Below, in pieces: positions 13,824 through 28,184 of a DNA stretch of 64,000 nt; within the stretch, counting starts at the first letter, position 1; every line of letters begins with the position of its first letter. The DNA lies in contig JAGIQG010000043.1 in the NCBI GenBank assembly GCA_024679065.1, positions 1,426,001-1,490,000 on the forward strand. Reading direction: 5' to 3'. The notes below the pieces were generated by a model that worked only from the letters and a program-made list of their open reading frames with translations, was not told the DNA's origin and did not search any database. This stretch comes from Sphyrna mokarran. Its lineage: Eukaryota. The position numbers and the translations under genes were made by a program.

Positions 13824-14484
13824 TAGAACATAGAACATAGAACAATACAGCACAGAACAGGCCCTTCGGCCTTCGATGTTGTGCCGACCAAAATAAAAAG
13901 CAATGCCCCTCCAAACTAAACCCTTCCTTTCTCTTCCATATACTTATCAATTAACCTCTTAAACGCCACCAAACTTGGCGCATCTACAACAGCTGCAGGC
14001 AGGGCATTCCACTCCCTAATCTCTCTTTGAGTAAAGAACCTACCTCTGATATCCGTCCTATAACTCATACCCCTTAATTTAAAGCTGTGTCCCCTCGTGC
14101 TAGCTTTCTCCATCCTAGGAAAAAGGCTATCCTGTCCACCCTATCTAAACCTCTAATCATCTTATCTGTTTCGATTAGGTCCCCTCTTAGCCGCCTCCTT
14201 TCTAACGAAAACAACCTCAAATCCCTCAGCCTCTCTTCATAAGACCTGCCCTCCAGACCAGGCAACATCCTGGTAAACCTCCTCTGTACCCTCTCCAATG
14301 CCTCCACATCTTTCTTATAATGCGGGGACCAGAACTGCACACAATACTCCAGTGCGGCCGCACTAGAGTTTTGTACAGTTGCAACATGACGTTGCGGCTC
14401 CAAAATTCAATCCCCCTACCAATAAAAGCTAAGACTCCATATGCCTTCTTAACAACTTTATCCACTTGACTGCCTACTTTCAGG
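13824..14484 (-). mobile_element. CR1 LINE subfamily A, 5'-truncated
   Basis: ORF2 C-terminus and a (CATAGAA)n tail. Confidence 0.9.
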
Positions 14485-15322
14485 TTGTGAGGAGCAGCCC
14501 GTTCTGGCCTGCTGGCAATGTCCATAGTTCACGAATGATAAATGTGAGGTGATGAATTTTGTTAGATTGAACCAGGGCCTGACTTACTCAGTTAATAGTA
14601 CGACGTTGGGAAGAGTTACAGAACAAAACAAGCTAAGGGTACTTGTTCATAGCGCCTTGAAGTGAAGTCACAGTTGGACAGAGTAGCGAAGAAGGCATTC
14701 AGCATGCTTGGATTAGATAGGCCAGACAGTGTGAGCCTTTCTCCTCGGATGGTGATGGCTAACACGAGGAAACATAGCTTTAAATTGTGGGGTGATAAAT
14801 ATAGGACAGATGTCAGAGGTAGGTTCTTTACTCAGAGGGTAGTAAGGGCGTGGACTTGCCAAGTTAAAGGGCATTCAAATGGTCATTGAATAGGCATATG
14901 GATAATATTGGAATAGTTTAGGTTCTCGGGTCATTAGATTGGTTCCACTCGTTGGCGCAACATCGAGGGTTGAAGAGCCTGTACTGCGTGGTAATGTTCT
15001 ATGATCTATAGTCAGAACACTGAATACAGGAGTTGGAACGTCTTGTTGAAATTATGCAAGACATTGGTAATGCCACACTTGGTATTTGTGTATAGTGCTG
15101 GTCATCAATATAGAAATGATATTATTAAACTCGAAAGAGCACAGATTTACTAGGATGCTCCCTGGAATTGATGGTTTTTCTTATAAGGAGAGTCTGGGTA
15201 AACTGGGACTTGTTTTCTCCGGAGCGTAGAAAGCTGAGGAGTGATGTCATGAAGGTCCATAAAGTAACGAAGGCATAGATCAGCTGGATAGTCAATATTT
15301 TTTTCGTAAATGTAGGGAAATC

Positions 15323-16340
15323 ATTTGGAATACTGTGTCCAGTTCTGGTCGCCTTAATACCGGAAGGACGTGGAGACTCTGGAGAGAGTGCAAAGGAGGT
15401 TTATCCGGATGCTGCCTGGTATGGAAGGTCTGAGTTACGAAGAGATTAGGCAAATTAGGACTGTTTTCTTTAGAAAGACGTAGACTTAGAGGAGATCTGA
15501 TAGAGGTGTACAAGATTATGAAGGGGATAGATAAACAGGGTTAAGCTTTTTCCTAGGATGGACTCAAATAGCACGAGGAGTCACGGGCTTAGTGTGAGGG
15601 GGTAAGGTATAATTAGGGTGCTAGAGGGAGTTTTTTCACAGAGGGTGGTGGGGATATGGAATGCGCTGCCAAGTAAAGTGGTGGAGGCAGGTACTCTGGA
15701 GTTATTTAAGAAATACTTGGATGGGCACATGAACAGAATGGGAATGGAGGGGTATAGAAAATTGATTTAAACTAGGGATCATGAGCCTTTGGAGTCCCTG
15801 GGAAGTGTGTAAATAGATGATATTGATGTACTTGTTTTTATCCTACAGGTGCTTTGGTCCACCTTGTTGTCTAATGAGGGGCACACACGCGATGGGTCGT
15901 GAGACGACTGCTCTTGGATCTTTTTCGAGAGTAATCTAGTGCTTCACCACGTTATTGTACGCTTGACCTGGACCATTTGATGGGCAACACGAGAGCTCAG
16001 TGACCATCGCTGTGCTGTGCAGACACGACAGCTCAGTGACCATCGCTGTGCTGTGCAGACACATGGATTTGGGCCTGTGTCTGGGGGAGTTTGCGCATTC
16101 TCCCCGTGCTTGCGTGGGTTTTCTCCGGGCGCTCCGGTTTCCTCCCACGTCCCAAAGATGTGCTCTTAGGCTAATTGGCAAAACAAATTCTCCCGAAATT
16201 GTCTCAAATTTGGTTTTTAATCCATAAATCTAAAAATATAGACAGGGATCATGGGTAGAGGTGGGAACATCGGGGTGGCGGCGCGGGCTCGTTGGGCCGA
16301 AGGGCCTGTTTCTCGTGCTGTTTTGTTCTTTGTTCTTTGA
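15323..16340 (+). mobile_element. CR1 LINE subfamily B with long 3'UTR containing a V-SINE-like core
   Basis: ORF2 end ..GMEGYRKLI* (TAA 15768-15770), a ~570-bp UTR and a (GTTCTTT)n tail. Confidence 0.85.
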
Positions 16341-17426
16341 AATCTAATATTAGAGGGAATAGTTTTAAGGCGAGAGGGAAGCGATACAAAACTATCCAAA
16401 GAGGCACCTGTTTCACAAAGAGGATGGTGCTATCTGGAACAAGCTACCAATGACAGTAGTAGAAGCGGGTACTATATTGTTTAAAGACATTAGACATTTA
16501 CATGGATAAGGTGGATAAAGAGGGATACGCGCCAAGTTCAGGCAGTTGGGACTAGCTTCGGGTTGAAAAAGAAAGGGTGGTATGGATAAATTGGACCAAA
16601 GTGCCTGTTTCCATGCCTAAACATCTATATTTCTATGAACGAATAAATATAATCAATTGATAGTGTTAGCCTAAGTCCCCAGGCTAATATCTCAGTTTCA
16701 AAAACAGTGATTCTCACATAAGATTGGAATGGACATCACTTCCTGTGCTTCAAGGCCTGCTGTGTTTTCCTACCATAGTTTGTTTCTTTTTTTTTGTTAT
16801 GTTTTTATGTTGCCATTTCTGCATTACTCCTCTTCAGAATTTGAATTATCACAAGTTTCCCATGTTAGAACATAGAACATAGAACAATACAGCGCAGAAC
16901 AGGTCCTTCGGCCTTCGATGTTGCGCCGACCAATTAAGAAAAAGCAATGACCCTCTAACCTAAACCATTCTTTACATAAACTTTACAAAATGGGCCTTTT
17001 GTATTTCAGCATCAATGGCCAAAAGCAGGATTTGACCCAAAGTGGGGTAAAGGAGGCAATTAAACCTCATGATCCTATTTTCCAGGCAGAACATCGAAGG
17101 CTGAAGGGCCTGTTCGGCGCTGTATTGTTCTATGTTCTATGTTCTGATGATTCTCATATGGCCCGACCAACTCACAGAACCAGGGGTAATACATATGTAC
17201 CATCTCTCTTTAATATTTTTGCACCAGTATTAGTGATTCTTTTTTTATGCCACCAGGAATTGAACAGTTTTATCATATCGTATTCGAATGGATTATATCA
17301 TCAGTTCTTACGTTGACTGGCGTACATAAGACTTAAACGTCATAACAATGTGTATGATTCACAACTGCCTGCTCCACCTTTCCTATCACTCTGAACATAC
17401 CACTCAGTTGAAGAGCAAGTGGGGTT

Positions 17427-18584
17427 ATAGAACATAGAACATAGAACATTACAGCACAGAACAGGCCCTTCAGCCTTCGATGTTGCGCCGACCAATATAA
17501 AAAGCAATGCCCCTCCAAACTGAACCATTCCCTTCTCTTCCATATACTTATCAACTAACCTCTTAAACGCCACCAAACTTGGCGCATCTACAACTGCTGC
17601 AGGCAGGGCATTCCACTCCCGAACCACCCTTTGGGTAAAGAACCTACCTCTGATATCCGTCCTATAACTCATACCCCTTAATTTAAAGCTGTGTCCCCTC
17701 GTGCTAGCTTGCTCCATCCTAGGAAAAAGGCTATCACTGTCCACCCTATCTAAACCTCTAATCATCTTATATGTTTCGAGTAGGTCCCCTCTTAGCCGCC
17801 TCCTTTCTAACGAAAACAACCTCAAATCCCTCAGCCTCTCTTCATAAGACCTGCCCTCCATACCAGGCAACATCCTGGTAAACCTCCTCTGTACCCTCTC
17901 CAATGCCTCCACATCTTTCTTATAATGTGGGGACCAGAACTGCACACAATACTCCAAGTGCGGCCGCACTAGAGTTTTGTACAGTTGCAACATGATGTTG
18001 CGGCTCCTAAATTCAATCCCCCTACCAATAAAAGCTAAGACTCCATATGCCTTCTTAACAACTTTATCGACTTGACTGCCTACTTTCAGGGATCTATTGA
18101 CACATACACCAAGATCCTTCTGTTCATCAACACTATTAAGAGTCCTACCATTAGCCCTATACTCTACACATTTATTGTTCCTGCCAAAGTGCATTACCTC
18201 ACACTTTCCACATTAAACTCCATTTGCCACCTCTCGGCCCAGCTCTGCAACTTGTCCAAGTCCCTCTGCAAACTATAACACCCCTCTTCACTATCTACCA
18301 CTCCACCGACTTTAGTGTCATCTGCAAATTTACTAATCCACCCTTCAATACCCTCATCCAGATCATTTATAAAAATTACAAACAGCAGGGGCCCCAAAAC
18401 AGATCCCTGAAGTACACCACTTGTCACCGAACTCCACGATGAATATCTCCCATCAGCCACCACCCTCTGTCTTCTTTCTGCTAGCCAATTCCTAACCCAA
18501 TTAGCTAAATCACCCTCTATCCCATACATCTGCATTTTCTGCAGAAGTCTTCCATGGGCCACCTTATCAAACGCCTTACTAAAG
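17427..18584 (-). mobile_element. CR1 LINE subfamily A, 5'-truncated RT
   Basis: KAFDK, QGSVLGP, FADD and the ORF2 C-terminus, plus a tail. Confidence 0.92.
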
Positions 18585-20356
18585 TAAGGTTAGACAATAA
18601 ATACTGGTTGGCCAGCGACTTGTATGTCCCATGAATGAACAAGTAATCCATACCCAGTACACCCCTCGTTCTAGACTATCTAGCAGGGTGTGGTTGGTTA
18701 CAGACGTTAGCTAACCTGGAGGCGTTGAATCCTCAGAACCTACACGACCAATACAACTAAACGATTAATCTTTGGATAATAAGGGCTAATCAGCCGATTT
18801 CACATGGCTAATCAGCCGAAAGTACACATCATTGGGTGCTAATGATAATTTAGCATGGCTAATGTATGTAACCCGCACATTTTTGGACTATAGAAGGAGG
18901 GATAAAACCCACACAGACACGTGGAGAACGTGCAGTCACCCAAGCCAGGAATCACACCACGGTCCTTGGAGCTGTGAGGCATTGTGCAGCTGTGCCACAC
19001 TTTGTGTGGATATGAGGCAAAACCATACGTTTCACTATATGTCAGTACATATAACATAACAAATCAAAATGTTGCGTGACGTAGTTACATAATATTGCAG
19101 CATAGTGAACCCAACGAGATAATCAACAGTCTGGGAGAGTTTTAAATCCCGATAATAATCCTACATAATACAAATTGACAGAATATGCAGGGGTTTAAAA
19201 CAGTGTCACCTATTCCACTGCTTAATAGTGGCTCCTGTATGTTCTCATAATATCTGAAATGAAATGTCTGAAGGCAGCAGGGAAGAAGAGTCGACTCTCA
19301 GACGTTTGTACCTTTCTTCCAAAAGAAGGAGTTGGATGGGGTTGCAGGAGGGGCAGCACGGTGACTTTCCCTGGTGCCTCACAAGGCCAGGGGTAGAGTT
19401 CAATTCCTAGTGCAGAGTTGTCACTTTTTTCCCCATAATCGTGTGAGTTTCCTCCAGGTGCACTGGTGTGTTCCCACATTCCAAAAGACGAGATTGTTGG
19501 GTGTACAAGCCATACTAAATTCTCCCTCAACGTACTCGAACAGGAGTCAGTTGGACTGTGTCGACAAAGAGATTTCCACACTTCAAAGTAGTGCTTATAT
19601 AAGCCGATTAATAAAATAACTTTAAACTTGGAAGAAAACATTTCTGGGGTGCCTGATATCCTTGATTATGCTGGATCCTTTTCTGAGGCAGCAGGAAGTA
19701 TATTTGGACTGGGCTACGTTCACAACCCTTTGTTTTTTTTGGGGCCATTTACAGAGCAGATATCATACTAAGCTGTGGTACATTTAGAAAGGGTGTTTAC
19801 ATGGTGGATCTGTAAAAATTGATTGAAGTCATCAATGACATGCTGAGTTTTCCTAGCCAACTGAGAAAGTAGAGGCAATTCATCCTGAACAATCGCATTG
19901 ATTCTCTCCATGGAGTCCAAGATTATGGAGTAATTGGGCCACATTCTACTATACTGTTGGACACAGGAAGTGCAGTCGCGAGACATGGCCTATGGATAGG
20001 TCCGGTGACCTTGGACGGGATTTTCTGGTTTTGCAGTGAGCGCAGCTGGGTAAAGTCATTCCTAAAGTTCATGCATCAAATGTCTTTAGTGTACAGATCT
20101 TTCGACACAAAAGACGAGTTTAGCCCCTAAGCCACCTAACCTGCACGACACAGATTTGGGGAGAACGTACAAACTCCACACAGTCATCCAAAGCAGGAAG
20201 TGAACACAGATCCCAGGTGCTTTCAGGCTGTAGTGCTAACCGTTCATAACAGAACTAGAGGACACCGCCTCAAAATACAGGGGAGGGGGCGGCCGTTTAG
20301 AACGGAGTTAAGGAGGAACTTCTTCACTCAAATCTCTGGAATTCTCTGCCCATTGA

Positions 20357-21346
20357 AGTGGTGTACCTCAGGGGTCTGTTTTGGGGCCCCTGCTGTTTGT
20401 AATTTTTATAAATGATCTGGATGAGGGTATTGAAGGATGGATTAGTAAATTTGCAGATGACACTAAAGTCGGCGGAGTGGTAGATAGTGAACAGGGGTGT
20501 TATAGTTTGCAGAGGGACTTGGACAAGTTGCAGAGCCGGGCCGAGAGGTGGCAAATGAAGTTTAATGTGGAAAAGTGTGAGGTAATGCACTATGGCAGAA
20601 ATAATAAATGTGTAGAGTATAGGGCAAATGGTAGGATTCTTAGTAGTCTAGATGAACAGAGGGATCTTGGTGTGTATGCGCATAGATCCCTGAAAGTAGG
20701 CAGTCAGGTCGAGAAGATTGTTAGGAAGGCATATGGAGTCTTGGCTTTTATTGGTAGAGGGATTGAATTTCGGAGCCGCAACGTCATGTTGCAACTGTAC
20801 AAAACTCTAGTGCGGCCGCACTTGGAGGATTGTGTGCAGTTCTGGTCCCCACATTATAAGAAAGATGTGGAGGCATTGGAGAGGGTACAGAGGAGGTTTA
20901 CCAGGATGTTGCCTGGTATGGAGGGCAGGTTTATGAGGAGAGGCTGAGGGATTTGAGGTTGTTTTCGTTAGAAAGGAGGAGGCTAAGTGGGGACCTGATC
21001 GAAACATATAAGATGATTAGAGGTTTAGATAGGGTGGACAGTGATAGCCTTTTTCCTAGGATGGAAAAAGCTAGCACGAGGGGACACAGCTTTAAATTAA
21101 GGGGTGATAGTTATAGGACGGATATCAGAGGCAGGTTCTTACCCAAAGGGTGGTTCGGGAGTGGAATGCCCTGCCTGCAGCAGTTGTAGATGCGCCAAGT
21201 TTGGTGGCGTTAAGAGGTTAGTTGATAAGTATATGGAAGAGAAGGGAATGGTTTAGTTTGGAGGGGCATTGCTTTTTATATTGGTCGGCGCAACATCGAA
21301 GGCCGAAGGGCCTGTTCTGTGCTGTAATGTTCTATGTTCTATGTTC
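20357..21346 (+). mobile_element. CR1 LINE subfamily A, 5'-truncated
   Basis: GVPQGSVLGP..FADD..EKGMV* with frameshifts, plus a tail. Confidence 0.92.
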
Positions 21347-24300
21347 TGTGGTGGAGGCTGCCTTGTTGAATGTATTTAAGTCACTGGTAGATAGATTTCT
21401 GATAGACAAGGGAATTAAGGGTTATGGGGAGAAAGCAGGAAATCAGAAGTGATGCACTTCAGATCAACCATGATCTTATTGGATGGTGGGGCAGGCTCGA
21501 AGGACTAGATAGCCTACATCTATTACTATTTCTTATGTTCTTACATCCTTATTCTAATACAAGGCTGCCCCAGCGTGATTTAATTATTCATTTTAAATCC
21601 TTGCATACTTAAAAGAAGAGCACTGTAGATGTTGCAAATTAGAAATTAAAATGCCGAAATATGTCAAACGACAGACAAAAAGTGGCAATGTTTAACACAT
21701 GTATGTATGAACCTTCCTGAGAATTGAGCAGAGAGAGAAATATAATGGATAGTACACAGTGTTAAATTCGGATGGAACATGTGGAGGGGCTTAGCTGGTA
21801 GGTTGGAAAAGGGAATGATTTGACAAAAATACGTCATGGGCACAGAAAAAGTGAGTACTATATTTCAAAGACTAAAGAAGGTGGTAGCAATGATATAAAG
21901 GTAACATAGCACAACGAGTGAAAAGCACATTAAGTTAGTATGGCCACAACTGGAGTTTGTGTGTAGTTTTAGTGTCATTATGTGAGGAAGGATGTTTATG
22001 TTATGGAAAAAGTACTATTCCCCATGGGGCTCTATCCCCATACTCCCAAGTATTTGTCTTGCCAATCTTCCTGACACTAAAGGGCAATTTCCCTTGGCCA
22101 ATCCACCTGACCCGCATATTCCTGGACTGTGGGTGGAAACAGGAGCAGGTAGAGAAAACTCACACAACCACAGCTAAGCCCCACACATTGACCTGGTACC
22201 AGAATTGAACACAGACCTCTGGTACTGTGAGCTATCGCATCACTCACAAGAGGCAAAAAAAGGGCCGAGACGACGGTAAATTTCTTCACTCAGAGAGTGG
22301 TGAATGTGTGGAGTTGATTGTCACAGAAATAAATTCAGGGCAACACGCTATTGCTCCAAGAAGAAATTAGATATATCTTGGGGCTGAAGGGATCAGGGAA
22401 TAAAAGGGGTGAGGAGGGCGGATTCGGAGATTGAATTTGATAATCGGCCATGATCATAATGAAAAAGCTCAGAAGGCTCGAAGATCCGAATGACCCACTC
22501 CTGTTTCCAGTTTCTACCTTTCTAAGTGGCCGATGGTGCTGTGGCGGAGGCAGAGTGTTGGGGCAACAATAAATTCCGGAAAATGGCTTAAAATAGATGT
22601 TCAAGATGGAGGGCAGAATTCAAAATCTGATGTTGTTGAACTTTGTGTTGAACGTTGAAGGATTTAACGTGTCTAATCAGAAGATGTGGTGCTGCTCTTT
22701 CAGTTTGCTTTGGGCTGTACCGCAAGGTGGCAGCAGACCGTTGTCGGGCGTGTGGGAAGGAGAGCAAGATGCTGAATTAAGACGACAAGCAATAGGAAGT
22801 TCGGGTCCTACTGGCGGGCGGACTGAGCAAAAGTGTCCCTTAGAGCGATCATCCAGTCAGTGATTAGTCTCCTTCATGTAGAGGATTTGATTTGAATTGA
22901 TTTGATTTATTATTGTCGCATGTACTGCGCACAAGGCATATCGACCATGGAGAAAGAAAGGAGATTTTGTGGAATGTAATGTTACAGTCATAGTAAGGGT
23001 GTAAAGAAAAATCGTTTCAATATAAGGTATTCAAAAATCTGATGGCAAAAGTGAAGAAACTGCCTTTGAGTCACTTGGTGCAGGACTCTGACCTATGTGT
23101 CTTTTTTTTCCAACTGGGAGAAGGCGAAAGAGAATATGTCCGGTGTGTGTTGGGTCCGTGATTATGCTGGCCGTTTTTCCGAGGCAGAGCGAAGTGCAAA
23201 CAGAGCCAATGATGAGAGGTTGGTTTACATGAGGGAACTGGACTTCCTTCACCATCCTTTGTACGTTCTTGCGGTTTGTAACAGAGCAGGAGCCATAGCA
23301 AGCTGTGATACAATCAGAGAGAATGCTTTCGATGGTGAATCACTATACATTTGCGACAGTCGTAGCGGCTATGCCAAATTTCCTTTGTCTTTTAAGGAAC
23401 TAAAGACACAGAATAGACAAAATTCATAGGAGCACAGGTCAAATGTTGCTTCACCAGAAATACGTTTCTAGTATGAATCGGATTCAGAATGGAAGGGAGC
23501 GAAATGTGTGGAAGTTGTATCTCTTTGATTCCATGGGAAGGTACAGAATGCAGGAGAGAACGAATTGGGGATGATGGAGAAGTGGGCCAGATCATCATGG
23601 AGACAACCCTCCCTCCAGATTGCTGACAAGGGGACTGAGAGGGAGATGCTTTTGATGGTAGTGTCATGGCAGAAATGATGGAGGAAGTTACTTTCAAAGT
23701 CAGAACTAGCGGGGTGATCAGTGTGAACAATGTTATTGAACTGGAAAGGCTGCAAAAAAGATTCATAAGGACCTTACCTGGACTGGAAGTTTTGAATTAA
23801 ATGAAAAAGCTAGTTAGGCTGGGACCTCTTTCGCTGGAGGATGAGGGGTGACTTTATCAAGATTTATAAAATCATGAGAGGCATAGATCACATGAACAGA
23901 CAAGGTATTTTCCCCAAGAGTAAGAAAAATACAAAACTAGAGGGCACAGGTTCAAAGTAAGAGAGGAATATTTCAAAAGGGCCTGAGATCTGACTTCTTC
24001 ACAAAAGGGTGGTACACATATGGAATGAGAGGTAGTAGAAGTGGTTTGTATGACAACATTTAAAGACGTTTGACTATAGACATGGATAGATTAATTATTA
24101 CTTTCACAAGTAAACTTACATTAGCAATAAAGTTACTGTGAAAATCCCCTCGTTGCCACACTCATTTGCCTATTTAGGTATACTGAGGGATAATTTAGAA
24201 TGGCCAATCAACACAACCAGCACGTTTTTTTTTTCTGTGGGAGAGAATCATAGCACTTAGAGGAAACCCACAGAGACAGGGGGAGAACTTGCAGATTCAA

Positions 24301-24630
24301 CACAGTGAGGCAAGCCAGGAATTGTTTCCGAGTCCCTGGTGTTATGAGGCAGCAGTGTTAGTCAATGTGCCACTATGCACATGGAGATATATGGACCTAA
24401 CCAGGCAAATGGAATTAATTCTTTTTCTGGTTGACATGATCGAGTTTACTGAAGGACCTATTTCCATGAGGTACGCGTTCACGATGCTAGCAGAATCGAC
24501 TGAAAAACAAAATATATCTCACATGTATCTACCTTCTAGATTTTTTTTTTCTTCTCGATCATCAATATCTGATTCAATTGCTGCTCCAACGTTCTGTAGA
24601 CTTCTAATGTCTTTGACTGTTTAATTTCAG

Positions 24631-24930
24631 AGGTGCTCCCACGTGCATCGATTTCCGTGGAACCACATACTGGTGTGGTGACTAAAGGGAAGCCCATACG
24701 ACTTACCTGTACAGGTGCCATTCTGCCTTCGGGTGGTCGCTTTTACTTCTACCGTGACGGTGAAAAGAAAGGAACTCTTGATGTATCTGGCGCAGTCCAT
24801 GCGGCGTCCTTCATCGTCAATGACATGGTGTTTGCTGGGTCATGGAATTACACCTGCGGTTATGCGCGAATTGTAAAGCACATCGCCTATCACTCACCCC
24901 GCAGCACTGCGGTGTATGTGACTGTGACAG
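24631..24930 (+). CDS. LRC-like receptor: C2-type Ig domain exon C
   Basis: Acceptor gtttaatttcag, donor ACAG|GTCAGT, 300 nt, phase 1-1. Translation VLPRASISVEP..IRLTC..FYFYRDG..NYTCGY..HSPRSTAVYVTVT. Confidence 0.9.
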
Positions 24931-26224
24931 GTCAGTGACATTTAATCACGATCTGAGGCATCACCCAAGAACACAGTGTCAGTTAACACATTAACAGCAT
25001 GGAAAAGAGGGCCATTCAGTCCCAGTTATCAGAGATGGTCCATTACGCCACATCACACTCCCGCCAAATTCCAACAATCTTGATCCATTTTGTTTCTAGA
25101 AAGTTAACTTCTCTCGCGTCTGGCGTGTACACAAATATGAGGTTACGTGCATTGTAAATTGGGAACGCAAAAGATCTTGGGAGTCCGAGTTTAGGATTCT
25201 CTTAAAGTTGACTTGCAGGTTTTTAATCATAGAATCCTACAGTGGCCATTCGACTAATTAAGCCTGCATCATTCAGAGTCCCAACCAGGCTCTATCTCTA
25301 TAACTTCATGCCTTCACCTAAGGGCACACTTAGTACAGCCAATCCATCCAATCCACACATCTTTACACTATCGGAGGAAAACTGAGCACCCAGAGGAAAT
25401 CCATACAGACATGGAGAGAACGTGGAAACTCCAGACAGACAGTGATCCAACCCAATAATTGAACCTGAGTCCCTGGCGTCGTGATGCAGTAGTGCAAACC
25501 ACTGCACTATCCCATACTCACCCCGTCCCCACCGCCAAGATTGAGTTGGTTGCTAGGATTGCAAATGAAATATTAACAATAATTTTGAGAGGACAAGGGT
25601 ACAAAAGAAGTGATGCACTTTTGAGGCTTTGTAAGGTTGTGGTCAGGCAAGATTTGGAAAATTGCGAGCAATTTTGGACCCCATACCAGAGATAGATTAT
25701 GCTTGCTTTTGGAGACGGTCCAGAAGTGGTTCACGAGAATGGTCGCGGGAAGAAAAGCTTGTTAGATGAGGGGTGTCTGAGAGTCTGGAAAGGGTCCTGA
25801 GGGAAAGGATTTATGACCATTTGGAACGATGCAGCTTAATCCGGGATAGTCAACACTGTTTCATGAGAGGTAAGTCTTGTTTCACAAATTTGATTGAGTA
25901 TTTGAGGAGGTAACTACGTGTGTAGACGAAGGTGGGCCGCTGATGTCGTGTAGGTGGGTTTTAGTAAGATATTTGATAAGGTTTCCGATGGTAGACTCAT
26001 GAGGAAAGTAAGGAGGTATGGGATAGAAGGAAATTTGGCCCATTGGATAAGTAACTGGATGCCTCATGGCAGACAGAGGGTGGTGGTCCAGGGAAAGTTT
26101 TCAGGCTGGTGGCCAGTTACCAGTTGTGTACCACACCAATCAGTGCTAGGTCCTCTGCTATTTGTGATTTTTATCAATGACTTGGAAGAGGGGAGCTCAG
26201 TAAATGTATAATCATGGAGTAGAA

Positions 26225-26557
26225 GAGAATCCTTACAGCTCAGAAAAAGGCCTATCGACGCATCAAGTCTGCGCCGACCACAATCCCACCGACCCTACCC
26301 CCATATTCCTAAATATTGACCCACACATCCCTCTAACCTACGCATCTCAGGACACTAAGGGTTAAATTAGCATGGCCAATCAACCTAACGGGCACACCTT
26401 TGGACATTCGGAGGAAACGGAAGCATCCAGAGAAAACCCATGCAGACACGAGGAAAATGTGCAAATTCCACACAGACAGTGACCCAAGCCAGGAATCCAA
26501 CATATATCTTTGGAGCTGTGAAGCACAAGTTCTAACCACTGTAGTACTGTGCCACCA
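26225..26557 (-). mobile_element. HE1-like SINE
   Basis: Reverse complement of the same tRNA-head, core and tail structure. Confidence 0.8.
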
Positions 26558-28184
26558 ATACTTAGCACATCCTGTGATTGTCACTACGTTTCCAGGACAC
26601 CCTCGGCAAGGGCCACATCATCACTGCATCTAGTCTGTCTGTTCATGCTGGAGTAGATACATTTCAGTTTAATCCACATAAAGTCCTTTGAACTGCGGCG
26701 AATGGCGACCATTCAAGCCAACCTCTCCTTATACATCAACAGGGTACACAGACTGTGGAGAATGCACTGAATGAGTAGACTAAGGCTAAGATAAATAAAA
26801 CACATAGAGAGTGTACAAAAAAAATGACAGGAAAGATGGTCCAGGTTTTTTTTGCTTTAACTCAGAGAGTATGACAAGCAAGATGGATGATTTTAAATCT
26901 TGGATTACTATGGAACTATGAAATGGTGATTACGGATATTTGAATGAAAGAGGGGCAGCACTAGAATTTCAGCATTCCAAGGTTTAGATGCATCAGTTGC
27001 GAAAGAGTGGTAAAAAAAAAAGTGGTGGCATGTTGCTGTACTACTTAGGGGAAGTGTCACAGCTTTGCAGAAGGAGGACATCTTGGAAAGATCATGCAGT
27101 GCGGATATATGAGTAGAATTCAGGGAATCGTGGGATCATACTGTTGGCGATAAACTACAGACCTCCCAAAAAAAAACAGCGTGAAGTGGAGGAACTGAAA
27201 TATTAGCAGGTTGTGGGAAGAAATGAAAACAACAGGTTGTTTTCATGAGCAAATTTAATTTCCTGATCATAGATCTTTTAGTGCCAGGAGCTTAGATAGG
27301 ACAGAGTTTGTCCAAAGTTTGTCCTGGGGCATTATTTAGATAATCCAATTGGAAGGGAATAACTTAGACTTAACACTGGGAAACGAGCTCAGACAGTTCA
27401 CTGATGTCTCACTGGGGCACCATTTTGGGAACAGTGATCATAATTTTATCAGTTTTAAGATCCTGTGCAAAATGTACAGAAGGATAGAAATTGTCCTACT
27501 TTGCAACTACTAAACTGGGGAAGAACTACATATGGTAATAGGTAGGCTCGGGAAGGTAGACTGGGGGCGGCTGTTTGAGGGTAAATCCACATCCGATATG
27601 TGAGAGTCTTTCAAAAGTCAGTTATTATTAATTTAGGGTATATTGTTCCTCTGAAAGTGAAGGGTAAGTTGGCAAAATTCTGAAACCCTAGGCGACAAGA
27701 AAGATTGTGAACTCAGTGGAAAAGAAGAAGGGGGCATACATAAATTTCAGGGTAATATTCTTGAGGAATACCAAAATAACAGGAAAGAGATTAAGCAGGA
27801 ACTTGAGAGGGCAAAAGCAGGCCATCAATCATCCTTGGCAGGCAGGGTTAAGGAGAACCCCAAAGCTTTTAATGTTTATATAAGGAAGAAGATAATAACT
27901 CAGGTAAGGGAATATACACTCAGGGAGACTGGAAGGAAATTGTGCATGGAACAAGATAAAGATGGCGATGTTCTTCACGAATACTTTGCATCAGTATTCA
28001 CAAAGGAGAAGGATGTGAGTGCAGAAATGAAAATGTTGACAACATACAACACGTTGATGTAGAAAGAGAGGGGCAATAAAGATTTTGAGAAATAAAACAT
28101 TAAGATGGACAAGTCCTCGGGGTAAGATAGAATCTCCGCAAGAATACTGAAAGAGGTAAGGGAATAAATTGAACAAAGGACAAA

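Noticed and set aside
26596-26633. Possible alternative secreted-form last exon (GHPRQGPHHHCI*)
   Set aside because: Only an acceptor-like ttccag supports it, and it has no recognisable protein feature.
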